Assembly (NCBI GenBank): GCA_040767255.1
Contig: JAXGOZ010000005.1
Span: forward strand, 26,045 to 90,044
Direction: 5' to 3'
Source of the DNA: Caldisericia bacterium
GTDB lineage: Bacteria > Caldisericota > Caldisericia > UBA6126
Length of the DNA: 64,000 nucleotides
Shown here: one piece after another, positions 53,898-64,000 of the stretch
How positions within the stretch are numbered: position 1 is the first letter of the stretch
Layout of the letters: every line of letters begins with the position of its first letter
Made by a program: the position numbers and the translations under genes
The notes under the pieces: generated by a model
What the model was told of the DNA's origin: nothing
Databases searched by the model: none
The model's input: only the letters and a program-made list of their open reading frames with translations

Positions 53898-55556
53898 TTA
53901 CGGGGTTTGAGTTTGTCCTTCAACTGGCACATCAATAGATTCCATCGAAGATGGGTCGATGGTTATAGTTTGAGATGAACCATCTTCCCCTTGAATTGGA
54001 ATAGTCATAGGAGTACCAGAATCACCTGGTGTAGGAGTTAAGTTTTCGGGAATTGGATCAACAGTAAAACTACGAACCCAATTCTTGACAGATTCAAAGA
54101 ATCCTCCAAAGGTTTGATTCCACCATGATGCCATGCGGTCCCATGGATTGGAATGAGAAATTCGAGATTGATCACGAAGAGTTTCTAAAAATGCTTCTCG
54201 TATTTTGTTTCGTTCTTGGTTTTCCATTGATTGTATTACACGATCTTTAATTTCTTCAAAGACAGCTGTTTTTGCAGGATACTTTTTCACAATTTTCACA
54301 ATTTCAAAGGTTGTTTCATTCGTTTTAATTGGATCAGAAATTTCCCCCTCTTTTAAAGAACCGAAAACGACTTCGTCTAAAGGAGGATTGGAACCCTTGT
54401 ATATAGGATTAGGTGTCAGTCCTTGATCTGGAACAGCAGAATATGTAGTTGCAATATTCTCAAAAGTTTCTTTGCCAGATCGCATCGTATTAACATAACC
54501 ACTGGCTTTAGTTTGAAATTCATTAATCTCTGCTTCAACAGCCCCTTGTGGTGCTTCTAGAATAATTTTCAAAATATCTGCATGTTCAGGTTCGTTATAT
54601 TGATCTCGATTTCGAGAAACCGATAATACTCGAATAATACTGAAGCCTTTATCAGATTTTACTATTCCTGATATATCGCCTTCTGCTAATGTTTGAACTG
54701 CTTCCCAAAGTTCAGGTTCTTCTTCATATGCGCCTTCTTGAAGGTACATTTTTCCTTCATTAACCTTGGTAGCGTTATCTTCAGAATACTCTGTAACAGC
54801 TTTTTCAAAAGACAGTTCGTTGTTCACGATTTTGGTTCGTATATCGGTGATTTGATCTTCTTTTTCTTTTCGTGTTGCTTCATCCATTTCAGGATCAGTA
54901 GCAATGAAAATTCTTTGAGCTTCAACACTTGCGGGAGCATTAAAAAATATTCGTGCATCTTCTTCTGTGATGTTGATTGCATCATATTGATCAGCTAAAA
55001 CAGCATCTTCAAGAAGTGCTGGTTCAATAGATTTACGTATCTCTTTACGAAGATTCTCTTCATTGCGCAAAGGTGACTGACGAATCTGATTTAAAAACTC
55101 TTCTTCAGAAGCATATTGAGAACGAATATTCTCCATTTCTTTTTCAATTTCTTCATTCAGCTTTTCTTCAGAAATAGTCACAGAATGATCTTTTGCATAC
55201 TGCTCAATCAAAGTTTTATTGACCAGCATCTCCACAACGCTGCTTCTATATTTCTCAACGTTCGCTGATTGCTCCGGATCATCGGGGTTTATGCCTTGTT
55301 GCTGCATTTGGCTTTTAATTGGTTCGAGCAATTCATTTACTTCATTGTTCGTAATTCGTGTTCCGTTAACAACAGCGGTTGTATCTTTCGCTGAATATGC
55401 CCACATGCCAAATACAAGTACAACAATAATGATGGCTGTTGGAATCCAAATAAACATGTTCCGTATTGCAGATTTTCTTTTTTTATCTACCTTTACAGAC
55501 TTCAAGATTCCTTCTTTGCGAAGTTGTTTAATTTTCTGTTCTCTGCCCATGTACAA
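53898..55556 (-). CDS. SurA/PrsA-like foldase (SurA-N plus two parvulin-like domains)
   Basis: TM anchor; AVVNGTRIT, SFEKAVTEYSED, GDISGIVKSDKGF, LKEGEISDPIKT. Confidence 0.85.
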   Translation of the reverse strand: MYMGREQKIKQLRKEGILKSVKVDKKRKSAIRNMFIWIPTAIIIVVLVFGMWAYSAKDTTAVVNGTRITNNEVNELLEPIKSQMQQQGINPDDPEQSANVEKYRSSVVEMLVNKTLIEQYAKDHSVTISEEKLNEEIEKEMENIRSQYASEEEFLNQIRQSPLRNEENLRKEIRKSIEPALLEDAVLADQYDAINITEEDARIFFNAPASVEAQRIFIATDPEMDEATRKEKEDQITDIRTKIVNNELSFEKAVTEYSEDNATKVNEGKMYLQEGAYEEEPELWEAVQTLAEGDISGIVKSDKGFSIIRVLSVSRNRDQYNEPEHADILKIILEAPQGAVEAEINEFQTKASGYVNTMRSGKETFENIATTYSAVPDQGLTPNPIYKGSNPPLDEVVFGSLKEGEISDPIKTNETTFEIVKIVKKYPAKTAVFEEIKDRVIQSMENQERNKIREAFLETLRDQSRISHSNPWDRMASWWNQTFGGFFESVKNWVRSFTVDPIPENLTPTPGDSGTPMTIPIQGEDGSSQTITIDPSSMESIDVPVEGQTQTP

Positions 55557-55714
55557 TCCTCCAAGCTATGATTAAAAGCATAGAATCTATATACTATACT
55601 TCGTAACGCACGAAAAATTACAAATCATTCTTCAAAAAAATAAGTATATTTTTAACTGGATGAATGTAAAGAATTTATATATACCTAGATAGACAAACAA
55701 GGTGGTTTCATTAC

Positions 55715-56311
55715 ATGAGTGTAGAAAAAAAAACACGAAGAAGCTGGTATCAATGTTGGTGGGTGTGGGGCATTGCTTTTGTCATCTTTGCAAACATTGC
55801 TCTATTCATCATCAGCTATAGCGGTGGTATAGTTCAAAACGTCAATTTGTCTTCTTCAGAACAAAAAAAACAGATTGCTGCAAACCAAGAATCACTTGAG
55901 GCACTGGTTCAAAACCCAGACTTACTCTATATCAACGAACTGGAGAATCATACAAAAAAATGGGCTGAATTGTTTTCTGATCTCCACCGAGTATTACAAT
56001 CAAAAGGGTCTGATGTAGAAACTTGGGAAGAAAATATCTATGAAGTTTTGTTCTATATGCAGGCATTAATTGAAGAATCCGAAATCATTTCTCCTTCTGA
56101 AGATCTATTGTACATCCACAAAGAATATTTAACTGCTATTGATCATTTTGAGATCATGGTGACAGAACTTCCCAATGCTATTCACACGCAAGACATAGAA
56201 GCCATAGAATCCAGTATGGAAGAGTTACGAAAAGGTGTTACATATTTACAAAAAACCCGAGATTTGATTACAGCTTATGCAGATCAATCCAATGAAGATA
56301 GTGAAAATTAA
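55715..56311 (+). CDS. Hypothetical single-TM helical protein
   Basis: 198-aa ORF; WYQCWWVW before the TM; helical-bundle composition. Confidence 0.6.
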   Translation: MSVEKKTRRSWYQCWWVWGIAFVIFANIALFIISYSGGIVQNVNLSSSEQKKQIAANQESLEALVQNPDLLYINELENHTKKWAELFSDLHRVLQSKGSDVETWEENIYEVLFYMQALIEESEIISPSEDLLYIHKEYLTAIDHFEIMVTELPNAIHTQDIEAIESSMEELRKGVTYLQKTRDLITAYADQSNEDSEN

Positions 56312-56328
56312 CGAACAAAGGAGATAGT

Positions 56329-57510
56329 ATGAAGAAGTTTTTAGTTAGTATCATTTCATTCGCTTTACTTTTCTCTGTATGTAGCCTTTTTGAAACGCAA
56401 GCAGAAGAAAAATTGCTTTCCCAAACAAGTTTTATGGTATCGGTAGCAAAGGGCACTACAACTTATGTTGAAGTTCCTTTTACTAATTTGTTAGACCAGG
56501 AAAGTAAGTATACAGTCTCTGTAACACGTAAACCACCCAAAGAGATTGGATTAAAAGTTGAGTTAGATAATTTTTCTGTACAAGAAAAATATGATGTTGG
56601 GCCCTTGCAACCAAAACAATCAACCAAATTGGGATTCCGCATTCTTTGCTCCGATGGTGCTGATAGTGAAAGCATTACCAGTGCAAAGTTGCTGGTAGGT
56701 TCTGTTGAAAATTCTCGCTTATCCTCAATTATTAACATTTATATCAAACCCATGGAACAAAAAGTACTGCAGATGCATACTGACAATGCCGATGCACAAG
56801 TAAACGGAGAAAAGCTCGTACTGGAAACCCCTCCACTGGTCGTAAACGGCAGAACCATGGTACCATTTCGATGGATTGGTGAACAGTTAGATGCTGAAGT
56901 ATCGTTTACCATGTCTGAAGAAACAAAAAAAGTCGATACTGTCTCATATGTAATTGGTAAATCTACAATTACCCTGACAATTGGATCTACTACAGCTCAA
57001 ATAAAAATAGATAGAGATGTATTTGAACAAACTCTAGATGTCCCCCCCTTTATTCAAAACGGAAGAACGCTAGTACCACTTCGATTTGTGTCGGAAACAT
57101 TGGGAGCTCAAGTTAATTGGACTCCTCCAAATACAATCGATATCGAATATCCGAAAGAAGTTCCAATTCGTGAAGAAGAATGCGTAACCTTTTGGTCTGA
57201 TATCAAAGCAGATGATCTACAAGAAAAAGTAGAGGAACAAACTGAGCTTCTAATTTTCGATCTTCGTGATGAAGCTACGTACAAAAATGGTCATATTCCT
57301 GGCGCATTAAATGTTGATTTTAATACTTTAACAACTGATTTTCCTCTTGCTACCGAAAAAACAGAATCCATCCCCGTAGTCCTGTACTGCAAAACAGGAA
57401 CAAAATCTCGATTAGCTGCTGAATGGGTTGTCAATGCAGGATATCAAAATGTCCATTCTCTTCTTCAGGGTTTTCCAAGTTGGCAAGGAGATATTGAAAA
57501 AGCAGAATGA
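56329..57510 (+). CDS. Secreted stalk-domain (copper amine oxidase N-terminal) protein with C-terminal rhodanese
   Basis: Signal peptide; NGRTMVPFRWIGE and NGRTLVPLRFVSETLG; FDLR...GHIPGA, LYCKTGTKS, LLQGFPSW. Confidence 0.88.
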   Translation: MKKFLVSIISFALLFSVCSLFETQAEEKLLSQTSFMVSVAKGTTTYVEVPFTNLLDQESKYTVSVTRKPPKEIGLKVELDNFSVQEKYDVGPLQPKQSTKLGFRILCSDGADSESITSAKLLVGSVENSRLSSIINIYIKPMEQKVLQMHTDNADAQVNGEKLVLETPPLVVNGRTMVPFRWIGEQLDAEVSFTMSEETKKVDTVSYVIGKSTITLTIGSTTAQIKIDRDVFEQTLDVPPFIQNGRTLVPLRFVSETLGAQVNWTPPNTIDIEYPKEVPIREEECVTFWSDIKADDLQEKVEEQTELLIFDLRDEATYKNGHIPGALNVDFNTLTTDFPLATEKTESIPVVLYCKTGTKSRLAAEWVVNAGYQNVHSLLQGFPSWQGDIEKAE

Positions 57511-57565
57511 CGGTCTACAAATAAGAAATCTAGCGATAATGGTAACAAAACAGTTACAGTACTCA

Positions 57566-58093
57566 TTATGGAAAGATTTCAGGTAAATAATCCCCAGACA
57601 TAAGCCTATAATGAGGCTGATACGCAATCCGATAGACTTCTGAATGCGTAGGTATAGACGAAGAATTGTTTTTGACTTCTTCCCAAAGAACCAAAAAACC
57701 CTTCTCTACATCATTTAGAGAAGGGTTTTTTGTTAATGTTAAAAACTCCTGCATAACAGTTTTATATTCAAGTAGGTTTTCAGCAAAAGTTTTACTGGTT
57801 TCTAAAAAAAACTCCCACACCAATTCTGGTTGCACACCTTTCTTTTTTAAGGGTCCAAAGTGTACTCGATAGAGGGGTGTATGGTAGGAGATATCTTCAA
57901 AAAGCGGTGTGTTACTTATATGGGTGGTAGTATTTTTCCATTCTTGAAAAAAATACTCTTTTGCTTTCTCCAGGTGATGTAAAGAATGAACTGGACCGCG
58001 TGTAGACTGAAAAAGTAATTTGTGAAAATCCTCTGCTTGCATCAAGGGATACATAGCATAGTGACGAAGAACCAAATCAATTAGTTTTGTCAT
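57566..58093 (-). CDS. Conserved hypothetical protein
   Basis: YPLMQAEDFHKLLFQSTRGPVH...HSEVYRIAYQPHYRL. Confidence 0.7.
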   Translation of the reverse strand: MTKLIDLVLRHYAMYPLMQAEDFHKLLFQSTRGPVHSLHHLEKAKEYFFQEWKNTTTHISNTPLFEDISYHTPLYRVHFGPLKKKGVQPELVWEFFLETSKTFAENLLEYKTVMQEFLTLTKNPSLNDVEKGFLVLWEEVKNNSSSIPTHSEVYRIAYQPHYRLMSGDYLPEIFP

Positions 58094-58097
58094 CGAA

Positions 58098-58841
58098 TTA
58101 TTGAGTTAGCAATTCTTCAACTTTTTCATTGTCATCATTAGACACGGTTTCACTCTTAGATTCATCTACTTCAACAGTACTCTCATTTTGATACTCTTCT
58201 GTCGTATATGGTACATCAGAAAAACTTTCTTCTGGATTTTCCTGTTCATTTTGAGCTCGTTTTGTAAAAAAATGACTTGAAGTGAAACGAGATGATTCCA
58301 GATAGAATTTCTTTGGAGTCAGAATAAAAATCCCCAAGCAAACCAAAACAAAACCGTAGTTCAACTGAGTTCTTGTACTATCGTTCACATAGGCATTTTG
58401 AAAGACAAATTGAAATAGCACCAATCCCACGATAAAAAAAACAATTCCCAGAACAAGAAGAGAAATACCGCTATTGTTTATTTTTTTTCTAGACGAGATT
58501 CTCCCGCAAATGATTTGTCCAACACCAAATGCCCCAGGAAAAATCAAAGTCCATGCATATGACCACCAATAAGGATTTTGCAAAAAACTCTGAAGTAGAA
58601 TAAGAAGTCCGGCCATTATTAACATTGAACCGGTGATAAGGAAAAAGGGACGTCCACCATCGCGAAACATGCTACCCATTTGTATTAGGGTTAAACCAAG
58701 AACGATAGGGAGTAAAGGCCAAAAATAAGACCATAAAGGCATTTGAGGAAATAGATTCTGCAATAGGAAAAACACTCCCGCTACAATCACTATGATCCCT
58801 AAAAATAGATTGAATCGATCGTTATTTCTTTTTTTCTGCAT
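58098..58841 (-). CDS. LiaF/LiaI-like multi-TM membrane protein with acidic tail
   Basis: SD AGGAGG; GVFFLLQN...FWPLLPIVLG repeats. Confidence 0.65.
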   Translation of the reverse strand: MQKKRNNDRFNLFLGIIVIVAGVFFLLQNLFPQMPLWSYFWPLLPIVLGLTLIQMGSMFRDGGRPFFLITGSMLIMAGLLILLQSFLQNPYWWSYAWTLIFPGAFGVGQIICGRISSRKKINNSGISLLVLGIVFFIVGLVLFQFVFQNAYVNDSTRTQLNYGFVLVCLGIFILTPKKFYLESSRFTSSHFFTKRAQNEQENPEESFSDVPYTTEEYQNESTVEVDESKSETVSNDDNEKVEELLTQ

Positions 58842-58852
58842 ATCTGTTCCTC

Positions 58853-59839
58853 CTATAAAAGATTTTTCTTTCTTAAGATAATGATCAAAACTGCGGTAAG
58901 CATGAGCATAAACACCATTGTCATCCAAAAGGCACTTAGTGGCTCAGAATCGAAAGGAAATGCAACATTCATACCCAATATACTAGCAATCAATGTGGGT
59001 ATAGAAACGATTAAGGTGATACTGGTTAGAAACTTCATAACCATGTTCAGATTGTTTGAAATCATGGAGCTAAAAATATTTCCCATACTTTCAAGAATTC
59101 GGCCATATATCCCCGCCATTTCAATAGCCTGCTTATTTTCTGTTTGAACATCCTCCAGTAGTTCCTGATCTTCTTCATACATAGCAAGAAACTTTCTTCC
59201 TTCATGAAGTGTTGGATCATTGGTATACCCGAATTGTGAACTACGAAGTCTGCCCACAGTAGCTTCATTGGAACGCAGAGAGGTTGAAAAGTAGGTGATA
59301 CTTTTTTGGAGATTCAGCAGTTGCGTAAGCTTCCTGTTCTCGGTTGCTTTATGCATGGCAATTTCAAGTTGGTCAGTTTGTTGGTCAATTCGACGTAGAT
59401 ATCGAATGTAGACTTGCGATGTTTTATACAAAAGTTGTAGTAAAAATCGAGTTCTTTTAAATGTATGAATCTTTGGTTTTCCATTTTCCAGTTCAGAGGT
59501 GATGGAGTTTTCCTGAAGACATACAGTAATGATCTTGTCCTTCAATATAATGATTCCTAGCGGAATTGTGTCAAAAAATCGTTCGTTCTTCATATTTTCA
59601 TCATAAATGGGGATGTCAACAATGACAATCATTTGATCATCCTCGATTTCGATTCGAGAGCCTTCTTCCATATCTAATGCTGCACGGAGAAATTCCATAC
59701 TAGCTCCTGTGGCTTCAGAACATGTTGTCAGTTCATCAAAAGTTGGCCGAATACAATGTATCCAAGTATTTTTCATGGTTAAGTCTGAAACCTGAGTAGT
59801 TTGCATTGTTTCCTGATCTGAATAGTAAGCTCTAATCAT
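58853..59839 (-). CDS. corA: CorA-family Mg2+ transporter
   Basis: ISNNLNMVMKFLTSITL, signature GMN, two C-terminal TMs. Confidence 0.92.
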   Translation of the reverse strand: MIRAYYSDQETMQTTQVSDLTMKNTWIHCIRPTFDELTTCSEATGASMEFLRAALDMEEGSRIEIEDDQMIVIVDIPIYDENMKNERFFDTIPLGIIILKDKIITVCLQENSITSELENGKPKIHTFKRTRFLLQLLYKTSQVYIRYLRRIDQQTDQLEIAMHKATENRKLTQLLNLQKSITYFSTSLRSNEATVGRLRSSQFGYTNDPTLHEGRKFLAMYEEDQELLEDVQTENKQAIEMAGIYGRILESMGNIFSSMISNNLNMVMKFLTSITLIVSIPTLIASILGMNVAFPFDSEPLSAFWMTMVFMLMLTAVLIIILRKKNLL

Positions 59840-59930
59840 GATTTCTCTTTTCTTCATACTGATAGAATGCAATACTTCATCTGTATATACTATAATAAAC
59901 ACAAATGTTTTTTTAAAAAGAGGCAAACAT

Positions 59931-61253
59931 ATGAAAAATACGGGAAACATCCTCATTCGGAATGGGTATGTTTTTATCAATTCTTTGGAGGGGTTTCAAA
60001 AACTTGATGTTCGTATTCAGGATGGCATGATTGTAGAAATATCAGACTCAATCCCCAATATGAGTGACAAAGAAATCGATGCAAGCAATCAGTTTGTTGT
60101 TCCAGGCTTTATTGATATCCACTGTCACTTGCGCGAACCAGGTCAAACTCACAAAGAAGATATTGCTACCGGAACACGATCTGCAGCTGCAGGAGGGTAT
60201 ACTACCGTTGTAGCAATGGCGAATACTACTCCTGTCATTGACTCATCAGAAAAATGGAAAAGCCTTCGTGATACCATTCATCAAAAAAGCTCCATTGAAG
60301 TTATTCAAGCTGGATCCATAACATCAAGCTTGGAAGGCAATGAATTATCCAGCTTGTTCATGCATAACCACTCCATCCCACCTTTCAATCGAAACATTGA
60401 GATACCATTTGTATTCTCTGATGATGGAGTTGGAATCAATGATCCACCTTTGTTTCGAAAAGCTATTCAACAAGCCAAAAAAGAAAACTATGTTTGCATT
60501 CTGCATGAAGAGGACGCAAGCATTTCATCCAATGGAGTCATCCATTATGGAAATACTCCTACAGAATTAGCATTTCCCGGTATCCCTTCCTCATCTGAAT
60601 CCACATGCGTTGCAAGAGATTTATTGATTTGCCATGAGGAAGGATACTCTCCTCATTTTACTCATTTATCCTCTAAACAATCTATGGATGTGCTGATGGG
60701 TCTCTCTGATGCTTCTTACCATTTCACAGCCGATACTACTCCCCATCATCTATATTTTTCTGAAAAGAACATCGACCTAACCAACACAAACTTTAAAATG
60801 AATCCCCCCATTCGCTCTGAAGTAGACCAAAAAGCACTAAAAGAAGGTGTTCGATGTGGGATTATCCGATGTATTGGAACCGACCATGCTCCCCATAGCA
60901 CATCTGAAAAGAATACAAGCTTTTGCAATGCTCCTTTTGGTATCATTGGATTCGAAACTGCTTTCGCAGCTAGCTACACTGCTCTGGTTTCTCCAGGTTG
61001 GATATCGTTTCCTCAACTCATTCAGCTGTTTAGCAATGGACCAAATTCTATTCTAAAACTACAAAATCATGGCTTGATTCAACCCGGTATTCTTGGAAAC
61101 CTAACGATAGTTGATGAACAAGAATATGTTGTTCCGTCCGTGTTCTTCTCAAAAAGTAGTAATTCTCCTTTTGTTGGTGAAAAGCTAAAAGGCAGAATCC
61201 GAGCCACAATTTTTCAAGGAAAGGTTGTGTACTGTGATCAAAACAAATGGTGA
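59931..61253 (+). CDS. pyrC: Dihydroorotase
   Basis: DIHCHLREPG, AMANT, KMNPP, GTDHAPH, SKSSNSPF. Confidence 0.93.
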   Translation: MKNTGNILIRNGYVFINSLEGFQKLDVRIQDGMIVEISDSIPNMSDKEIDASNQFVVPGFIDIHCHLREPGQTHKEDIATGTRSAAAGGYTTVVAMANTTPVIDSSEKWKSLRDTIHQKSSIEVIQAGSITSSLEGNELSSLFMHNHSIPPFNRNIEIPFVFSDDGVGINDPPLFRKAIQQAKKENYVCILHEEDASISSNGVIHYGNTPTELAFPGIPSSSESTCVARDLLICHEEGYSPHFTHLSSKQSMDVLMGLSDASYHFTADTTPHHLYFSEKNIDLTNTNFKMNPPIRSEVDQKALKEGVRCGIIRCIGTDHAPHSTSEKNTSFCNAPFGIIGFETAFAASYTALVSPGWISFPQLIQLFSNGPNSILKLQNHGLIQPGILGNLTIVDEQEYVVPSVFFSKSSNSPFVGEKLKGRIRATIFQGKVVYCDQNKW

Positions 61254-62011
61254 AATCATTGAGCATAGGTGCATTGCAAAGAATATTTTTATTATCACTT
61301 CAATATGCCCAATCAGATGTAACTGTACAACCAGGACAATTTATCCAACTTTCCTGTCCGGGTAAACATTCAACACTGTTGAAAAGACCCTTTAGCATCT
61401 TTGATGCCTCTCCAAATACTGTTTCTGTGGTGTACAAAGTAGTAGGAAAAGGAACAACAAATTTATCGGAAAAAAAAGTTGGAGATTCCTTGGAAATGCT
61501 CCTCCCCTGCGGTAATTCCTTTTCCATTCCTCAAGAAGAGGGACTCAATGTTCTGATTGGTGGAGGTTTAGGGATCGCTCCCTTGCATTTCTTAACAAAA
61601 TATTACCCCAATACCCCTTTTGAGTTGTGGTATGGAACATCCTATGAGGAAGAATGGATTCCCGCAGATCTAGTCCAAAGAAAAGGTATTAATTTGCATT
61701 TTCACGCTGATTTTTGCAATTCCAACGATTCTCTTCAATTTAGCGAAAACTTATTACAGAAATATCAAAGAGAATCCACTACTTCTCCCTTGAAAATCTA
61801 TTGCTGCGGTCCGACAAAACTTATGCAGAACTTAACAAAACACTGCCTTGATCACCATATTCCGATTGAAGTATCTCTCGAGTCTAGAATGGCTTGCGGA
61901 TTTGGCATTTGCCTTGGATGTTCTTTTCTAACCAAAGAAGGCATGAAAACCGTGTGCAATGATGGTCCCACATTTGACGGATCGAGTATTGTATGGGAGA
62001 GTCTATCATGA
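61247..62011 (+). CDS. pyrK: Dihydroorotate dehydrogenase electron transfer subunit
   Basis: PGQF, RPFSI, GGGLGIAPL, CGP, MACGFGICLGC...VCNDGP. Confidence 0.93.
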   Translation: MVKSLSIGALQRIFLLSLQYAQSDVTVQPGQFIQLSCPGKHSTLLKRPFSIFDASPNTVSVVYKVVGKGTTNLSEKKVGDSLEMLLPCGNSFSIPQEEGLNVLIGGGLGIAPLHFLTKYYPNTPFELWYGTSYEEEWIPADLVQRKGINLHFHADFCNSNDSLQFSENLLQKYQRESTTSPLKIYCCGPTKLMQNLTKHCLDHHIPIEVSLESRMACGFGICLGCSFLTKEGMKTVCNDGPTFDGSSIVWESLS

Positions 62012-62940
62012 GGAATAACTGCATGCAGGTCACTCTTCAATCTCAAAGCCATATGATTCAACTAAAAAACCCAATTGTTCCGGCATCGGGAACCTTCGGA
62101 GATGGCTCCATCGTCAATTCTCTATACGACGTCAATCAGTTGGGGGCATTGTTAACTAAGAGCATCACTCTCCACCAAAGACAAGGAAATCCTTCTCCAA
62201 GAATATATGAAACTCCTGGGGGAATATTAAACTCCGTTGGATTAGAGAACAAAGGAGTAAAGTGGTTTCTGGAAAAAGTAATGCCTTTTGTTTTATCCCT
62301 CCATACTTCAAAATGGATTAGCATTGCTGGCTTTACAGTTGATGAATTTGTTGAATTAACACGTGCCATTGATCCATACGAAGTGGATGCAATTGAAGTA
62401 AATGTATCGTGCCCCAATATTCATAAAAATGGGATTCAATTTTGCCAAAACAAAGATGTGCTGCAGGATACTCTTCGTCAAGTCCGAAAAGCTACAGATC
62501 ATTTCTTAATTGCAAAAATTGCTCTAGAAACGAACTCTCTTTCTGGAATATTAGAAGTAATCCAACAAGAAGGTTTTGATGCAGTTTGTATTGGCAATAC
62601 AATACGAGGCATTGCGATTGATCCCATCAGTAGAAAACCCTTCTTTCATCAAATCTTTGCAGGATTGTCCGGTCCTGCCATCAAGCCTATTGCGCTGCGC
62701 GTTGTTTGGGAAGCATACTCTTCTCACCCCACTTTGCCAATCATTGGCTGTGGTGGAATACAATGTGCTACTGATGTAATCGAATTCATTTGTGCAGGTG
62801 CAACAGCCGTAGAGGTTGGAACAATGAACCTGGTAGATCCTTTTATACTCCCCACCATTATTCAAGATATTGACACATACTGCACCAACCATGATGTAAC
62901 ACTTTCTTCTATTATTGGATCATCTCACCGTTCCCTTTAA
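62008..62940 (+). CDS. pyrD: Dihydroorotate dehydrogenase, class 1B catalytic subunit
   Basis: ASGTFG, GNPSPR, NVSCPN, GLSGPAIKPIA, IIGCGGI. Confidence 0.95.
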   Translation: MRNNCMQVTLQSQSHMIQLKNPIVPASGTFGDGSIVNSLYDVNQLGALLTKSITLHQRQGNPSPRIYETPGGILNSVGLENKGVKWFLEKVMPFVLSLHTSKWISIAGFTVDEFVELTRAIDPYEVDAIEVNVSCPNIHKNGIQFCQNKDVLQDTLRQVRKATDHFLIAKIALETNSLSGILEVIQQEGFDAVCIGNTIRGIAIDPISRKPFFHQIFAGLSGPAIKPIALRVVWEAYSSHPTLPIIGCGGIQCATDVIEFICAGATAVEVGTMNLVDPFILPTIIQDIDTYCTNHDVTLSSIIGSSHRSL

Positions 62941-62955
62941 AAGTAGGAGGACACG

Positions 62956-64000
62956 ATGAAAAAACAGTGTGGTGCCATAAGCATTAGGTTATTGTTAAGG
63001 CGGATATCCATAGTTCCATTTTTCCTTTTCACATTTGTTGCCTGTTTTCTGTTTTTTCCAACTCAATCCCCGGTCGGACAATGTAAATCGGTTGATTGCA
63101 CACACACAATGATGGATGTGCATATACTAGAAAACGGAGTTGTAACCATTCAGGAAACCCGACAGTTTTCTTTTTATGGAACTTTCTCATATGGATACTA
63201 CACTCTAGACAAAAAAGATTTTGCTCGAATGGAAAACTTTTCTGTTTCAGTTGATGAGACACTTTTTACTGAATCATTAAAAAATGAAGCCACACCCTTT
63301 ACGTTCTATATTGAAGAAACTTCTAGTGATTACACCATCTACTATTATTTTAATGCGACCGATGAAACCAAAACCATAACTTTTACCTATGATATTTTGG
63401 GAAGCATCGAACTTTATAAAGACTATGGACAATTCTATTGGCAACTTCAAGGAAAAAACTGGCCACTGCCTGTTTTTGAATTAGAAGCAACCATTCGATG
63501 GGATCAGCCCTTTCCCATGGATCAATACAATATTTGGGGGCATGGTCCTACGCAAGGTGTTACAGAAAAAATCAATGAAACAGAATTCAGAGCTTACTGC
63601 GATCATATTCAACCAGGAGAAATCATCGGTGTAAGGCTTCTGCTTCCCTCCTCCTATTTTCAAAGTTTTGATAATTCGTGGGGTGGGAATAAAAGCGATG
63701 TAACCGTTCTTGAGAGTATCCAAGCTGAAGAACAACGCCTAGCACTTGCTGCCAATGTCAAAAGGGGATTGGTGAATCGTATTCCTTTGTACATAACCAT
63801 CCTCCTTGTTGGTCTTTTTGTTTTGCTGTATTTTATCTATGGAAAAGAACCTCAAGTAAAAGAAATGCCATACTACCGTGAACCACCCACTGATGAACCT
63901 CCTGCTCTAGTTGGTATGCTATTTTACTATCAGAATTTTCACAAAAGATACATCAGTGCAACAATATTACACTTCATTCATCGAAAAATTATTCAATATG
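62956..64000 (+). CDS. DUF2207-family membrane protein (partial; runs off window end; missing from the ORF track)
   Basis: SD AGGAGG plus ATG at 62956; VHILENGVVTIQETRQF, QFYWQLQGKNW, IWGHGP, TM, YYREPPTDEPPALVG. Confidence 0.8.
   Translation, partial: MKKQCGAISIRLLLRRISIVPFFLFTFVACFLFFPTQSPVGQCKSVDCTHTMMDVHILENGVVTIQETRQFSFYGTFSYGYYTLDKKDFARMENFSVSVDETLFTESLKNEATPFTFYIEETSSDYTIYYYFNATDETKTITFTYDILGSIELYKDYGQFYWQLQGKNWPLPVFELEATIRWDQPFPMDQYNIWGHGPTQGVTEKINETEFRAYCDHIQPGEIIGVRLLLPSSYFQSFDNSWGGNKSDVTVLESIQAEEQRLALAANVKRGLVNRIPLYITILLVGLFVLLYFIYGKEPQVKEMPYYREPPTDEPPALVGMLFYYQNFHKRYISATILHFIHRKIIQY

Noticed and set aside
1-64000. Mobile elements, CRISPR arrays, defence systems, selenoproteins
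   Set aside because: I saw no integrase, transposase or cas genes and no regular repeats. All CxxC motifs examined use Cys codons rather than TGA.

Overview
AT-rich, very compact bacterial chromosome segment with many ATGA/GTGA gene overlaps and almost entirely core or envelope genes. I found no integrase, transposase, prophage or CRISPR array. Secreted proteins with copper-amine-oxidase-N ('stalk') domains, a dockerin and Omp28-like thioredoxins suggest an anaerobe such as Caldisericota (inference). Several patches (about 3.4-3.85 kb, 8.5-9.15 kb, 11.95-12.8 kb and 43.6-47.5 kb) are full of indels that split essential genes, so most frameshifts are probably consensus errors. The strongest oddity is a stand-alone rpoB-[EF-G2]-rpoC operon in which a non-canonical elongation factor G sits between the two RNA polymerase subunit genes. 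RpoB also carries a ~240-aa insertion of tandem BBM2-like modules, His at the position of E. coli R687, and an acidic tail. Other candidates are a YchF homologue with a degenerate ATPase site, GreA with a Lys-rich N-tail, a MenK-like radical SAM methylase, a CocE/NonD-aconitase X operon, and a tandem SurA/PrsA foldase operon whose parvulin domains lack the conserved histidines.
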